DNA of 64,000 bases from Lama guanicoe. Taxonomy: Eukaryota. The stretch spans positions 2,328,115 to 2,392,114 of the forward strand of contig MU053365.1 of the NCBI GenBank assembly GCA_013239625.1. Reading direction: 5' to 3'. Below, one piece after another: positions 1 to 12,335 of this stretch (positions within the stretch are counted from its first letter, which is position 1; each line of letters opens with the position of its first letter). The translations under genes and the position numbers were made by a program. The notes under the pieces were generated by a model that had not been told where the DNA came from, did no database searches, and saw nothing but the letters and a program-made list of their open reading frames with translations.

Positions 1-181
1 AATTAAATGATTTATTTCAATGAAATCACATATCAACATGCATTTATATGAATTAATAAAGATCCTTTGTACCCTTTACCGAGGTTCCCCCAACAGTAAT
101 AACTTTGGGAAATCATAATAATAACATTGTATCATTGTCCACTGGGATTGGTAAAAATCAAGCTTTTTTTTTTTTCTCCAG

Positions 182-244
182 GTATTCTGGAATGAAACTA
201 CTGTCCACATAGGTCAAGATGGAAGAGCCTTTCTTATAAGATAA
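182..244 (+). CDS. Probable terminal coding exon of an upstream gene (VFWNETTVHIGQDGRAFLIR* if phase 0)
   Basis: Strong acceptor (long poly-T tract then ctccag) ending at 181; open frame to TAA at 242-244; ATTAAA 316-321 and AATAAA 341-346 follow. Phase and gene identity are unknown. Confidence 0.45.
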   Translation, partial: VFWNETTVHIGQDGRAFLIR

Positions 245-340
245 GAATTGTTTTGGTCCATAATGCCAATGCTGTTTGAATTCCTAACTGATACAATCAA
301 CACTGGAGGTGTGAGATTAAAAACAAGCATGTCTGCAGTG

Positions 341-346
341 AATAAA
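341..346 (+). terminator. Candidate polyadenylation signal AATAAA
   Basis: About 100 nt after the putative stop codon, followed by T-rich sequence. Confidence 0.4.
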
Positions 347-574
347 ACATTAGTTATTTTATCAAAACATTACACTGGGGCCAGGACTTATAAATAGTCT
401 CTGTAGAAGAGAAAAATTTATCTAATTATTGTTTCATAATAAGTTTGTCCAGTTACATATTTTTAAAGTTAAAAGTAAACCCCCTAAATTTTAAACACAC
501 AGCCGTGCACGCACATACAAACACATCAAGCAGAATCATAAAGCAACAGTATTTTTGGACATATTTTATTGACT

Positions 575-670
575 AAGAGCTCCATGAGGAAAGGGATTGT
601 GTCTGTCATGTTCAATGCCATCGTCTCAGCATGGTGCCTGGCCTGTAATTTGTGATCATTACATAAATGT
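575..670 (+). mobile_element. LINE-2 3' end fragment
   Basis: taagagctccatgagg..gggattgtgtctg..gtgcctggc resembles the L2 terminal motif. Confidence 0.65.
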
Positions 671-1779
671 TAAAGGACTTTTTTGATTGAATAAATAGTT
701 CATCAGCAAGTCACAATTTTAGTATGTTAAGAGGTTAATAATTGCTAGAGAGAAGATATAATAAGGTCTCCTTCTCACACTTAATTGCAATAGTTTCCTT
801 AAAAATACTTAGCACAAATTCCTGTTACAAAAAGGAGACTTAGGCAATCTGCCTTAATGTTATTTAGAGCATCACGGCTCTAAATTAAAGGAAAGAAATG
901 CTGTTAATCAGCCTATATTAGACTTTTAATACAATTTGAGAGAAACATGCTTTACATCTTACTTAGTCTATCAGGCGGTAAAAATGTTGATATATCAACC
1001 TAGGTTCACACAAATATCTTGAACCTTGTTAAGATTTTAGCTACCAATTTAGCCTCTCCAACTAGCAAAACATCCACACAGAGACACAAGACACTGTCCT
1101 GCCTCACACATGAAATTTCTATCCTCTTGTATAAATGGTCCAAGGTTGGAGGCATCTCCTTTGATGCCTATTTGTAAGTAAATCCTATATATCAGTAAAA
1201 CCTGAGAATGTTGAGAAAAAAATCATTATCATAACTATTAATAGGACTGCTGGTTACTTTTTTCTTTTACAAAGAGTTCATATGCATACAACATATGATT
1301 TTAATGATGATTCATTGGAATCTGTGCTCTTTTTAAAATTTATGAGTAATTTTACTGCTAAATAATTTTGCCGATCTCAACTTTTAAAGCATATTAGTTG
1401 TTAAAGTACTACTTTCTTATTCTCATGTCCATCCTATAGGTAATAAGAAGCACATCACATTCTGAATATCATTTTCGAAAAAACTCACAGTACTCATAAT
1501 CTTGGAATTTCCATGTGAGGCCAATTCAGTCAAACAACTCATTGATTGAGGAGAAATCAGGCAAATTATTATTATTATTGTCATTATTTTCACTTCCTGT
1601 TTTATCAAGCATCTCTAGAGTGCTTTATACTAAACGTGATCATGAAATATATGTTTTTGCAAGTGAAAGGAGATGCTGTGAATAAGGACACCAGGACAAC
1701 AAGCATATAGCATGAGTGGCACAGGCAAACCTGGATATGTGGTTGCCCTATTTATAGTTTACGAAGTACCTTCACTTAC

Positions 1780-2660
1780 ATACTCTCCTAGGTTCTCCCA
1801 GAAGCAGACTCTGAGCCAAGGATTTGAGCGTAAGAGATTCATTAAGGAAGTGCTCCCAGGAGAAAAGAGTAAGAGAGTGGAAGAAGCCAGGAAAGGGTGC
1901 AATTTCAAGTGAAGTCTCAGCTTCATCCTGGTCCCCAGGGGAACACTGGAGAGTAAATGACACTTGCGTTGATCCCACCTCAGGGCGGAAGCTAGGCCTT
2001 TGTCCTCCCAAGCCAGTCAGCCCTTGCCTTCCAGCTACCCCCAACATAAACGGCAAAACTTTCAGGCACTCCTAGCTCTTCAAACTGCAAGACGGTTCTG
2101 ATACAGAAAAAAAAGATGTGGAGCGAGAGGATGGCTACGTCCCAGGTCTCGGTTGAGAGCCTGCCAAGTGTGGGTCCTGAGCTTCACCCAGGAAAGAATT
2201 CAAGAGCGAGCCACAGGTGAGTAAAGGTAGACTTTATTCAGAGAGATACATCCTCCATAGACGGAGTGCAGGCATCTCACTCACAAGGGAGAGCAGCCAC
2301 CCACGAGGTGTGGGGTTGTTAGCTTTTACGGTAACTTCATATGCTAACAAGTGGGAGGATGATTCCAGCTGCTTTGGGGAAGGGGCTGGGATTCCCAGGA
2401 ACTGGACCATCACCTACCCTCTGACCTTTAATGGGCAGCCTTGAAACTGCCCTGGCACCCGTGGGAGTGCCATTTAGCAGCTATTGTATTTCAATGAGCC
2501 TGTACTGAAGCTCAAGGTCTATTGAGAATTGAATCTTCCACCACCTTGGTGCTGATGGCTGTGTCATTCCTTTAATGGCTGTCCCCTGCCTCCTTCCCTC
2601 CTGCCTCAGTTCCAGTGCCCTAGCACAATTCTCTGAAGGTTACAAAGCACAAAGAAATTT
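1780..2660 (-). mobile_element. Old ERVL/MaLR-type LTR interrupted by a younger solo LTR
   Basis: ggttctcccagaagcagactctgagccaaggatttgag..; the element resumes after 2612. Confidence 0.6.
2099..2608 (-). mobile_element. Solo LTR, ERV1-like, 510 bp
   Basis: TG...CA termini and a 4-bp TSD GTTC at 2095-2098 and 2609-2612; tttatt (AATAAA on -) near 2233. Confidence 0.85.
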
Positions 2661-2926
2661 GGAAATGAGCCAGGCACCAGCAGTATATACTGGATATACA
2701 TTAACTTATCTCATCCTCCCAGCAACTCCCAGCAAAAAAAAGAGGTACTTTTTTTTGCAGTTGTCTTCCATGCATTCTTTTATTTCATATTTTTCAGTTA
2801 AAGTTTACAGACTTCTTTCTTTCTTGATATCTTTCTTTTTTTTCTTTCTTTCACTAAACACTTATTAAATATGCACTAAGTATTATACATTCACCTCACT
2901 CTTTCAATGGGAATATATCCATTTTT

Positions 2927-3056
2927 TAAAATTTTATTTATTTGAGGGGGAGGTAATTTATTTTATTTATCTATTTAATGGAGACACTGGGGACTGAACC
3001 CAGGACCTTGTGCATGCTAGGCACACACTCTACCACTGAGCTATACCCTTCCCCCT
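2927..3056 (-). mobile_element. tRNA-Ala-derived SINE (camelid vic-1-like)
   Basis: Reverse complement of a tRNA-Ala-like head plus A-rich tail; 17-bp TSD ggaatatatccattttt at 2910-2926 and 3057-3073. Confidence 0.9.
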
Positions 3057-3559
3057 GGAATATATCCATTTTTGACTCCCCACTCTTTCAAGGTATATTG
3101 TTTCCTAAGTCATTGTGGTGGGATTCAGTGAAAGAGTCAGAAATCTTTTTAGTTTTTCATGAGCAGAGGCTACAGTAATGAGCTATCTTGGAATCTGTAA
3201 AGTGTTTCAGGAAATCAGCTGTCTCATATTCTTTTTTTTTTTTCTCATAGTTCAGGAATAAAATCTCTAGACAGACAAAAAGAAAAAATTCCAGAAAAAA
3301 TGTAATGATTCAATTCCGCTATTGTTGGCCTGACATAAGTCACTGAGACACTGGTTATATTGCCAGATCCATCTCTATATATTTACAAAAGTCACTGTAC
3401 TAAATAGGTTCAACCTTCATCCTCAGGTAAAATTAGGCTCATGAAACCAAGACCCATTAAGAGACAGCTCCAATGAAAATCTGTCAATATTAAGATCATC
3501 TTATTATTAAAATAAACCAGATTTGAATCCAATATAATTTTTCATCTATCACATTTTCA

Positions 3560-3890
3560 AGTATTCAAAAGAAGAATAATGCCCAGTTTGGTGAGGCTGG
3601 GTGAAACTAGCATTGATATATAATGCTAATGAGACTATAAGTTGACATTCTCTCTCTGGGGAGAAATTTTGTAAGATATACTCAAGCCTTAAAAATCTCC
3701 CAATTTTTTTTTACCCAGTAATTTCATTTCTAGCAATTTATCTTAAGAAAATTATCATGAATTTCCACAAAAAGTTACATATAATGATATCCATCACAGT
3801 ATTATTTATATTAGCAGAATAACAAAAAAATGACATATATACAATAGGAAATTATCAAGTCATGGTATATTCATATAATAATATTCTATG
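3560..3890 (+). mobile_element. Old L1M 3' fragment
   Basis: ttacccagtaatttcatttctagcaatttatcttaagaaa.. L1ME-like motifs. Confidence 0.6.
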
Positions 3891-3894
3891 TACG

Positions 3895-4255
3895 TAGTGA
3901 GGATAGGATAGGTTATTCTATCATAACAAATTAACCTAGAAATCCCAGTAGCTTACCATAAAAAAGGCCAATTTTTTGCTTGCGCTCACTGTCCAACATG
4001 GAGTGATGACACGAGTCGCTCAGCCATTCTGAGACAAAGACTGATGGAAAATTGACCATAGAATGTCACTCATCACTTAGCAGAAAAAGAAATAAATTGG
4101 TGGATGGCACATGCCAGCTCTTCTACACTTTGGTCCAGAAGTTAATTCCTGATTTTGTCCTTTATGCTTATGCCCATTGGCCAGAATTAGTCATATCGTC
4201 CTATCTAACTGCCGAAGGGATGGGAAATGCGAAGCACCAAATGGAATGCTTGTAA
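3895..4255 (-). mobile_element. MaLR LTR (MLT1J-like)
   Basis: aggataggttattctatcataacaaa..cccattggccagaattagtcata.. Confidence 0.6.
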
Positions 4256-4824
4256 GTGTCAACAGCAGTTTAAAAAAACATTTTAGTAGAGATAAGAAAA
4301 GAATGAAATCCCCATGATATGTAAGTAGAAAAGCAAGCTTAAATGCTCTGTTTTGAGTATAATTGCAGATTTATAAAAAATATTATATTCTTTTTTTCAC
4401 TTAATGCATTTTGAAACTGTTCTGCAATTAAATGGGTGACTTTTATAATAAAATTGTTTTTGAATAAGTATTGTTTGGCTTTGGATAGTCAATTTAAACT
4501 TCTTTTTCTCTTTACTGGTACCTATTTTAGAGACTGATTACTTGGCATGGAGGATACAGAGATGGACCTGATAGTCCTTGCCCTCAAGAAGTTCACAGTC
4601 AAATAGAGGAGAAAAATACAGAAACTCAATTGCAAGGAAGCCTTGGTACTATGATGTGATACTAGAGGTGCACGCAAAGCACTGTGGGAGAGCAGAGACA
4701 GGAGGAAGGCAGAGAAGGAGTGTTAGAGGATGCTAACAATGAGAAGATATTTGTTCTGAGCATTAGAGGGGTTGCAGGAGCTTGCAGTGTAAAAGGTCCC
4801 CCAAAAGTCTTGTCCTTGTTTTTT

Positions 4825-4918
4825 ATTTATTTATTTTCATGGAGATACTGGGGACTGAATCCAGGACCTCATGCGTGCTGAGCACGCGCTTTACCACTGA
4901 GCTGTACTCTCCCCTCCA
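4825..4918 (-). mobile_element. tRNA-Ala-derived SINE
   Basis: Same family as 2927-3056; TSD tcctt(g/a)tttttt at 4813-4824 and 4919-4930. Confidence 0.85.
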
Positions 4919-6197
4919 TCCTTATTTTTTAAACCTACATTCTTTTGCTTTATTGTCTTACCTGTAGCCTGGTAAGATATTAGATGCTGCATCTCCATAA
5001 GTAACTGGGGACAAGGGAAGCTATATGCCCTACAGCTAGGATCTAAGATGCCTAGGGTAGAGCTGCAAATACCTATGTGGTCTTTACCGTATACCCCATA
5101 GTACATGACTAGTCTCAAATGATATCTACTTCACTTCTTCACAAAAAAATGTTGAGCCATAGCTTACAAGGCTTGGGCTTTTAGAAGGCCCCATCCTCCT
5201 TCCCTTGGTCTTCATACAATCAATCACTTGACTTTTTGCTGCTCCATAACTTCCCATCCGTCCCCTGACAGGTTAACCATGACATGGTAACCCATCTGGC
5301 TACCAATATCTCCTTTGCTCAGGTGCCTGCTACCTCATCACTTCCACCAGAATGTGTGTACCTCAGATATCATTATCAACCCCAACTGAACACGAATTCA
5401 CTGCATCCTCTTTGGAAACAGTGATTTAAACCATTGACTGCCTTTGGGGGTGATGGGCAGACAATGTCAGTTCCTTTGGGGGCTCTCACCAGTTGAAGTC
5501 CCAGCACACTCCTGGGTCAAAAAGATTTTGGTTATGCCACAGTTCTCAACTGGTCCTTACTAGACCAGAGGTAGGACTTCTGACCAGTGTCTCATCAATA
5601 TTGGTCATCTTCACCAAGCACATTTACCACCATTTCAGTGTGATGGCTTATTAAACTGGCATAGTAATGATTTTTGAACACAGATTGTGTTAATAAGAAA
5701 TGTGAAATCATTTGCATCTATAAAATGTGATTATCTTTAGATTGCTCATTTTAGAGAAAAACATTTTGTGCTTAGCACAATGAGCAATTACACTATAACT
5801 CCTTACTGTTTCTAATGGTTAATGGTGCAAACTGACAATGCCCCAGCACGCTATTCACATTTCAAGGTGGGTAGCATAACTGGAACAATGTTGTCAACTT
5901 AATAACATCCATATAAAATATATTATATATATTATAAATGTATTTATATTTGTCCAGGCAGCTTTTGTGAAAAACAATAAAGAAATGCAGTCAGATGAAC
6001 AGGGACTGACTACACACATCTTTTGTGTATGTTGATAGAGTATGCATACTAAGAAAAAGTAATCCCTCTGCCATAGCTATTGAGTTGAGAGATCAGTATT
6101 TCAAAAGTATTTAATCACATAACAGCCCACAGGACCTACTTACGTTGTCCAAACGGTGGTGCAGTAAAGATTTCAAGACCAAAACAACATACAAAAA

Positions 6198-6200
6198 GTG

Positions 6201-6233
<33 letters not shown>
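6198..6233. repeat. (TG)n microsatellite
   Basis: Seen directly, with one interruption. Confidence 0.95.
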
Positions 6234-6479
6234 AGAATAGCTATGCAATAGAGTAACAGTAATAAACATTTATGGGCAATAATTTTATGCAATAACATAG
6301 AATATTAGGTTTCAATTGTTAAAAGACAAATGTTCATGGAATTTTTATGGATTAAAAGTAAAATTAATGTTTCATGCAGTTCAGATTTAAGTGTAAAGAA
6401 AGGCATTTATTTCACTCTCAGGAATATGCTTCAGGTTTTTTAAATCTTTCTTTTAACATCAGCAAATTATACTCTAAAG

Positions 6480-6712
6480 CAGAGGTCTGCAAACCACAGC
6501 CATCAGGCCAGATCTGGCCTACCGCTTGCTTTTGTCAATAAAGTCTCAGTAGCACACAGCCATGTTCAGGCTTTTATGTATTGTCTATGCGTTTCTCCTT
6601 TTCCACATTACAATGGCAGAGTTGAGTACTTGTGACAGAGTCCATATGGCTCACAAAGCCTAAAATATTTACTATTTGGCCCTTTACAGAAAATGTTTTC
6701 TGGCTGGTCACT
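6480..6712. mobile_element. hAT DNA transposon, MER58A-like
   Basis: cagaggtctgcaaaccacagcc..tttggccctttacagaaaatg. Confidence 0.8.
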
Positions 6713-6714
6713 AC

Positions 6715-7075
6715 TCTAGAGCTGCATTGCTAGTACAGTAACTACTAGCCACATGTGACTATTTAAATTTCATTTAATTAAAATTAAATAAAATTAAAAA
6801 TTCTGTTCCTCAGTCACACTAGCCACATTTCAAAGGCTCAATAGCCACCTGTGGCTAATGGCTACCATGTTGTTTTGGGGGGGGGTCTTGTTTTTCTTTT
6901 GGTGGGGGACGTAATTAGGTTTTATTTGATTGATTGATTGATTGATGGAGGTACTAGGGATTGAACCCGGAACCTCGTGCATGCTAAGCATACACTCTAC
7001 CACTGAGCTATGTCCTCCCCTTTATGGCTACCATATTGAACAGTGCATCACTTCCATCATTGCAGAAAGGTCTTT
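6715..7075. mobile_element. hAT MER3/MER33-like element interrupted by a SINE
   Basis: ctagccacatgtgactatttaaattt..tagccacctgtggctaatggctacc. Confidence 0.75.
6873..7023 (-). mobile_element. tRNA-Ala-derived SINE
   Basis: TSD atggctaccat(g/a)ttg at 6858-6872 and 7024-7038; (TTGA)n in the tail. Confidence 0.9.
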
Positions 7076-7096
7076 TGGGCAGGGAGGCTCAATGAG

Positions 7097-7255
7097 AGCC
7101 TTACTACCCAAAGTGTGGTCCCTGTGCCAGCATTGTTGTCATTACTGGGAAACTTGTTAGAAATGCAGAATGCCCACCCCTACTAAATCAGAAGCGACAG
7201 GTTAACAAGATCCCTAGATGATTCCTATGCACATTAATGACTGAGAATCTGGGTC
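7097..7255. mobile_element. hAT MER5A-like
   Basis: caaagtgtggtccc..gaaacttgttagaaatgcagaat..ttaacaagatccctagatgattc. Confidence 0.8.
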
Positions 7256-7889
7256 TGGTATGACAAGGAAAAGGGTGATAGATGGGGAACAGATGATTTA
7301 GTAATGAGAGCAAAGTGCCAGCACTTCGGGGAATCCAATACGAAAACGTCCCCCACAGCAGGGACTCTGCTAGTTGCAAAACCACCCCTCCCGCGGCACC
7401 TCCTGTGTGCAAGACCCAGAAACTCACACTGAACACTGTACTTAAGGGCAACGTCCAGGCCTGTGATGTCCAGAAAGGTGCAGCCGTTTAAATTTTGTGT
7501 TGTTGTGGCTGTTGCTATTATTGCGATTAATATAAGGCTCTTGGTGATGTCATGCCCTGAGGACAGCTATGCAAGATGGAAGCCGGGAAGCCCTGAGCCT
7601 CCAGAAGAGATGCCACTTGACACATCCCAGTGCTAAGGAACTGGAAGCTGTTTCTTGGTGTTGGGGTGGCTTCAGCCTTAGGGCTCAAATTTCTTTCTCT
7701 TCCTCCAAACCCATGGACAGCAATCAGTCCATAGACTAAACTCATGGAAACACTTCCTGCTTTTCGTTTTGCTTTACTTATTCTGGGATCAAAACGTTGG
7801 AAGACTGAAGAGGCAATGAGAAAAGCCTTTCAATAATTCTATTCTAAAAAGGCTTCCTCATTCCAGAGGCTACAAGACTGATGCACAGA

Positions 7890-8420
7890 AGTTATTGCTA
7901 TCCAACCCAAGTTTGTGTGCCTCACGCACAGTGAGGCCAAAGTTAAACATCGGAGTTTGGAGCAGAGAAAGGTTTACTGTAGGGCCAGGCAAGGAGGTCA
8001 GGCAGCTCATGCTCAAAAGACCGGAACTCCCCGATGGTTTTTAGGGAAGAATTTTTAAAGGCAAATTTAGGGTGAGGGCTGCAGGGTGTGTCTTTCTCCC
8101 GATTGGTCGGTGGCGAGACAGTGCTTCAGGAATCTCAACCTTCTGATTCCAGCTAGTCTGGGATCTGCTTGCTCTCACCGTCCTCCACCTGAGCAGGGAT
8201 CTTAGTTTCTGTAGAACAACTCCAAGCTATCAGATTGTTATCTCTATCCCTTCAGGAGGAACTAGGAGTTCTAGGACTCTGTTGTCCTAGTAACTGCTTC
8301 AGCCTGCTCTTCGGAACTCAGGAAAGGCCTACGAGACTAAAGCCTTTTTTATTTTCCTACAAACAAGAAACAGGGGACACAGAGGGCCTTTTGCACCCAG
8401 GGGGACCCCACAGGGGCACA
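7890..8420 (-). mobile_element. ERV1-type solo LTR
   Basis: cacagtgaggccaaa..ggagtttggagcagagaaaggttta..ttcctacaaacaagaaacaggggacac, typical of Laurasiatherian ERV1 LTRs. Confidence 0.75.
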
Positions 8421-8842
8421 GGTACAGGACAAGAAAGAGAAGAAAGTTTTGCATGGAGAGGTTAATCATAAAGGCGGCAGAGGAACTCGGTTTAGGGGAA
8501 CTTGGTTTCATAATGAGGAGGCAGATGTTGGTCCATTATCAAGAGAGCCTGCCTCTCCCAGTGGGACTGGCAACCCCTTAGGTGTGCCAGGGGTCTCCTC
8601 TGAAGCAGCGCTTTGCAGCCAAGTGGACAAAGTAGAGTCACTGGGGGTGGGAGTGAGGATGGATAAAGGGGCAGTTTGTGTAGTCTGGGAAAGAAATCAT
8701 GAAGGGGTCTTCACCTAGGTATTTAGAAATTTTAAATCACGATCGAGGACATTGTGAGATTTTTCCATTTATTAAGATGTGGTATGGATTACAAAATGTT
8801 CAAAGTCTCTTTTAAGTAGAGGTGGAAAGGGTTTCACAGGGG

Positions 8843-8856
8843 TGACCTCGTGACCT
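8843..8856 (-). promoter_or_regulatory. Perfect nuclear-receptor DR2 element (AGGTCAcgAGGTCA)
   Basis: TGACCTCGTGACCT on + strand; function untested. Confidence 0.4.
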
Positions 8857-9749
8857 GAGTGAATTTGCTCTGGTCCAAGGTCTCACACTTGGCATTGAAG
8901 ACTCAGAAACCTGAAGGCGTCACACGTGGACAGCAGAGGTGGCTCCACTCGCTGCTCCAGGGTGCACGTGTGTTTCTCAAGCTCACAAGCATAGTGTATA
9001 AAACCCAAATGCTGATTCAGACAAGTACAATGAGAAGTATGCCACAGGAGTCATAGTTGGCACCACCAAGTCATTTTCTCCCTTTTCTCCCTCTATCTCC
9101 CTGTAATTCAAAGTGTCATCTGAATGGTGATTTGTTAATATGCATGGAGACTTACTACTGCCACGGGACCTAGATCATTTTAAGGACAGTGTATTCTTTC
9201 TCTCCTTTGGCAAACACATATTTGAATCCAAACCCTAATCAAGTGATTACATTGTGATGTTTTCTGGACTCAGCTAAAGATAACCTTTCATATTGTTTTT
9301 GTGGTAGGAATTGCTTGCCAAAGAAATAGGAAAACTTGCTTCTGTTACTCCTTTTACTTATTCTTTTCCCAATCAGCCATTTATTCATTCATTTACTCAT
9401 TCGATCATTGCACATGTTTAAGTGTCTACCATGTGCTAGGCTCTCCCTAATAGGCGTTAAGGATACAGGCATGAACAAAACAGGTGAAAAAACAAACTAC
9501 ATAGTCTCACAGAGCTTATATTTTAGATGGACAGTAACATAAAGGGAGAAACGGAAGCAAGGACGGGAGATAGACATTGAGGGCGGGGAGTGGAATTTTA
9601 AGCCATCATCAGAAAGGGCTCAAAGACAAGCTTTTCCCCAGTTTCCTTAGCTAACCACACCCTCCTCCCTGATGAAGGACACATTCTTTCTTCAGCAGCA
9701 TTCAATGATGTGAGTGAAATCCTGAAGCCTTAAAAGCTGCTCGGTCTCT

Positions 9750-9918
9750 TTAAGGCAGTGATCTGCAAACATGACAGCACATTAGAATCACTTGGGGAGC
9801 TTTTAATAAAACACCTGGATCCCACCCTGGTCCAATTAAGTAAGACTCTCTTGTGGCAGCAAGTTTTTAAAAGCTCCCCATGTGATTCTAATATGCAGCC
9901 CAAGCTGCACATCACCGT
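9750..9918. mobile_element. hAT MER5-like
   Basis: gcacattagaatcacttggggagctttta..aagctccccatgtgattctaatatgcagcc. Confidence 0.75.
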
Positions 9919-11252
9919 TTTAAGGTGACTTTGCTTTAATCTAATATATGCTGTGCTTACAGTTTACTTCTTCAAAAGCAAATTTATTTGCTATTTTCAG
10001 GGCAACATACCTTGCTCCTCCAAATTCCTCTGTAGGAAAAGAAAGTATATTCTCTTTAGAGTGTTCCATGCAGAGCAGAGTTTTGATGGATATGATTCAA
10101 TACCCTTTATTAATTTCTAAAACAGGATCAGGGAACAAGTACCAAACAATCTTTTTTAAAAATAAATTTGAAAAAAAGCAAAAAGAAAAACTCTTGCCAA
10201 GACTGGGATCTCTCCCTTTCTGGCAGATTTCTTCTTACCAATAATAAAGTTCCCACTCTTGTTCAGCAGTCTCCTCAGGATTAAAAGTTGCACCTCTTTC
10301 CCCCCTGGAGAATAGAAGATTGAGTTAGTAATCTAGCTGCAGTCACATTTAGCTATTGATTTGTTTCAGTTCCAAGACAGGTGCTGCGCTGAGAATTACA
10401 GCACTCGGTTGCTGGGTACTAAGGAGATTTCCACATATCTCCTCTCAGGGAGACTGTTTACAGTAAATTCACAAATCTGTAATTCACACCACTGGTGGCT
10501 AATTGGGTAATTAATATGGAACAGACCAGATCTATATAATAGAAGTGCAATACACTATGTCAGTGTGATCCAGAACTTCAGAAAGGAGAAGTTGCTGATT
10601 ATACACACAAAAACACGGGGAAATGGGTTTGTGGAATTGGCTGTATAGCTTGTCACATACTATTGGTTGGTCTGATATCAGCTAGGAGACCTCAAATTTG
10701 ATTCACCCCAAAGCCACCACCTGTCAAGATTTGCCCTCGGGAAAGTTGAAATTTGATACTGATCTCACTTTCTCTTGCGAAGTACATGGGTTTCATTGTG
10801 AAGGAAAAAAGCTCTCCTTCAGGGGTACAAGAGAAAGCCATGGCCTACAGGAATATTGCTGAGAATATGAATCTGTTCCCGAGGCCAGCACAGCCGCAGC
10901 AGAGAAGAGAGGTGAGCTTCGAGCACAACCACTGTGCTGTGAGGCTATCTTCACCTGTGGCTTCTTTCTTTTCATTCATCTGTTCCCTCACTTGAAAGGA
11001 ATTTTTGCTCCAAAATGTAGCGAGGAGAAAACTTGTCTGGCTCCAGGACTCACATCATGAAAGCATCTTTTTCTGTGTGTCCCAGTGCAGGAGATGCCCT
11101 CTTTCCAAATAGGCACGATCTACCTGGAGATACCTGTAACCGTTCCCCACTCTATTCTGGACCCCGGGTTATCTGAGTGAAATGGAACAGCGGGGTAGAG
11201 GAAACATGGCGAGTGCTCACATGTTAGACACCTGACTTAGATTGATGTAATC

Positions 11253-11682
11253 TGTGGCAGGTTATATAGTGACCCGCACAATTCACGTCTACCCAGAACC
11301 TCAGAATGTGACCTGATTTGGAAATCAAGTCTTTGCAGATGTAATTAGTTAAGGATCTTGAGCTGATACTGGAATTAGGGTGATCCCCTGATTCAGTGAC
11401 TGCTGTCCCTGTGAACAGAGGAGAGGACACACAGAGAGGAAGGCCAAATGAAGACAGAGGCAGAGATGGGAGTGATGTGGCCACAGCCAAGGAGCACTGG
11501 GGCCACCAGATGCTGGAAGAGGCAAGGAAGGCTTCTCTCTTAGAGGCCTCAGAGGGAGCACAGCCCTGCTGACACATTGATTTTAGACTTCTGGCCTCCA
11601 GATCTGTGAGAGAAGACATTTCTGCTGTTTTAAGCCATTAAACTTGTGGTAGTTTGTTTGGGCAGCCCTAGGAACCTACTAT
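11253..11682 (+). mobile_element. MaLR LTR (MLT1C/D-like)
   Basis: cagaatgtgacctgatttggaaa..gtctttgcagatgtaattagttaagg..gcagccctaggaac. Confidence 0.85.
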
Positions 11683-11879
11683 GCTATCCAGTTCAAAACA
11701 AATTTATGGGAACACGTACTTATCCTTACTTTCTAGGTGAGGAAGCTGAAGCCACTCAGCAGGGGAAACAGAACTTGAAATTCATACCTGTCTGCTCCCA
11801 AATCTTGTTCTTTTTCCAGTAACCCACACCGATCGTCTAATAAGAGAACGCCCTTGTAAGCTGCCTTCTGAGCCCAAGC

Positions 11880-12335
11880 CTCTCTGGCTTTAATGGGCAC
11901 CGGAATCACCGGGGGCTCTTACTCAAATGGAGCTGTTGAGTCCTTAGGTCCACAAGGTGCCTGAGATTCTGCATTTCTAACATGGTCTGGGGATCAGCAC
12001 TTGGGTAGTGTAGCAAGTTCATACTTCTGGCTTTGCGGGCCCGACTGTCTCTGGGCTGTCTCTGGGCTGTCCCTGCGGCTGGAGCAGGAGAGCTGCCTTA
12101 GACAATATTTACATGAGTGGGTGTGGCTGTGTCTCATTAAACCTATTTATAGATTTGGAATTTTATATAATTTTCATGTGCCATGAAATATTATTCTTTT
12201 GATTTTTTTAACCGTTAAAAATGTAAAACAAACAAACAAACAAAAAACAAAAACCCTAGCTTTCTGGTGAAGCAGAAAGAGACAGCAGGCTGAACTTGGC
12301 CCCCAGGCCACGGTTTGCCAACCCGACCCCCGGTC
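11880..12335. mobile_element. Adjacent MER5B-like and MER58B-like hAT elements
   Basis: gaatcaccggggg..ctgcatttctaaca, then ttttcatgtgccatgaaatattattc..tttgccaaccc. Confidence 0.65.

Noticed and set aside
5000..6450. Possible ancient ERV-internal or hAT transposase remnants (also about 29350-29800)
   Set aside because: No convincing peptide motif recovered by eye; needs an HMM search.
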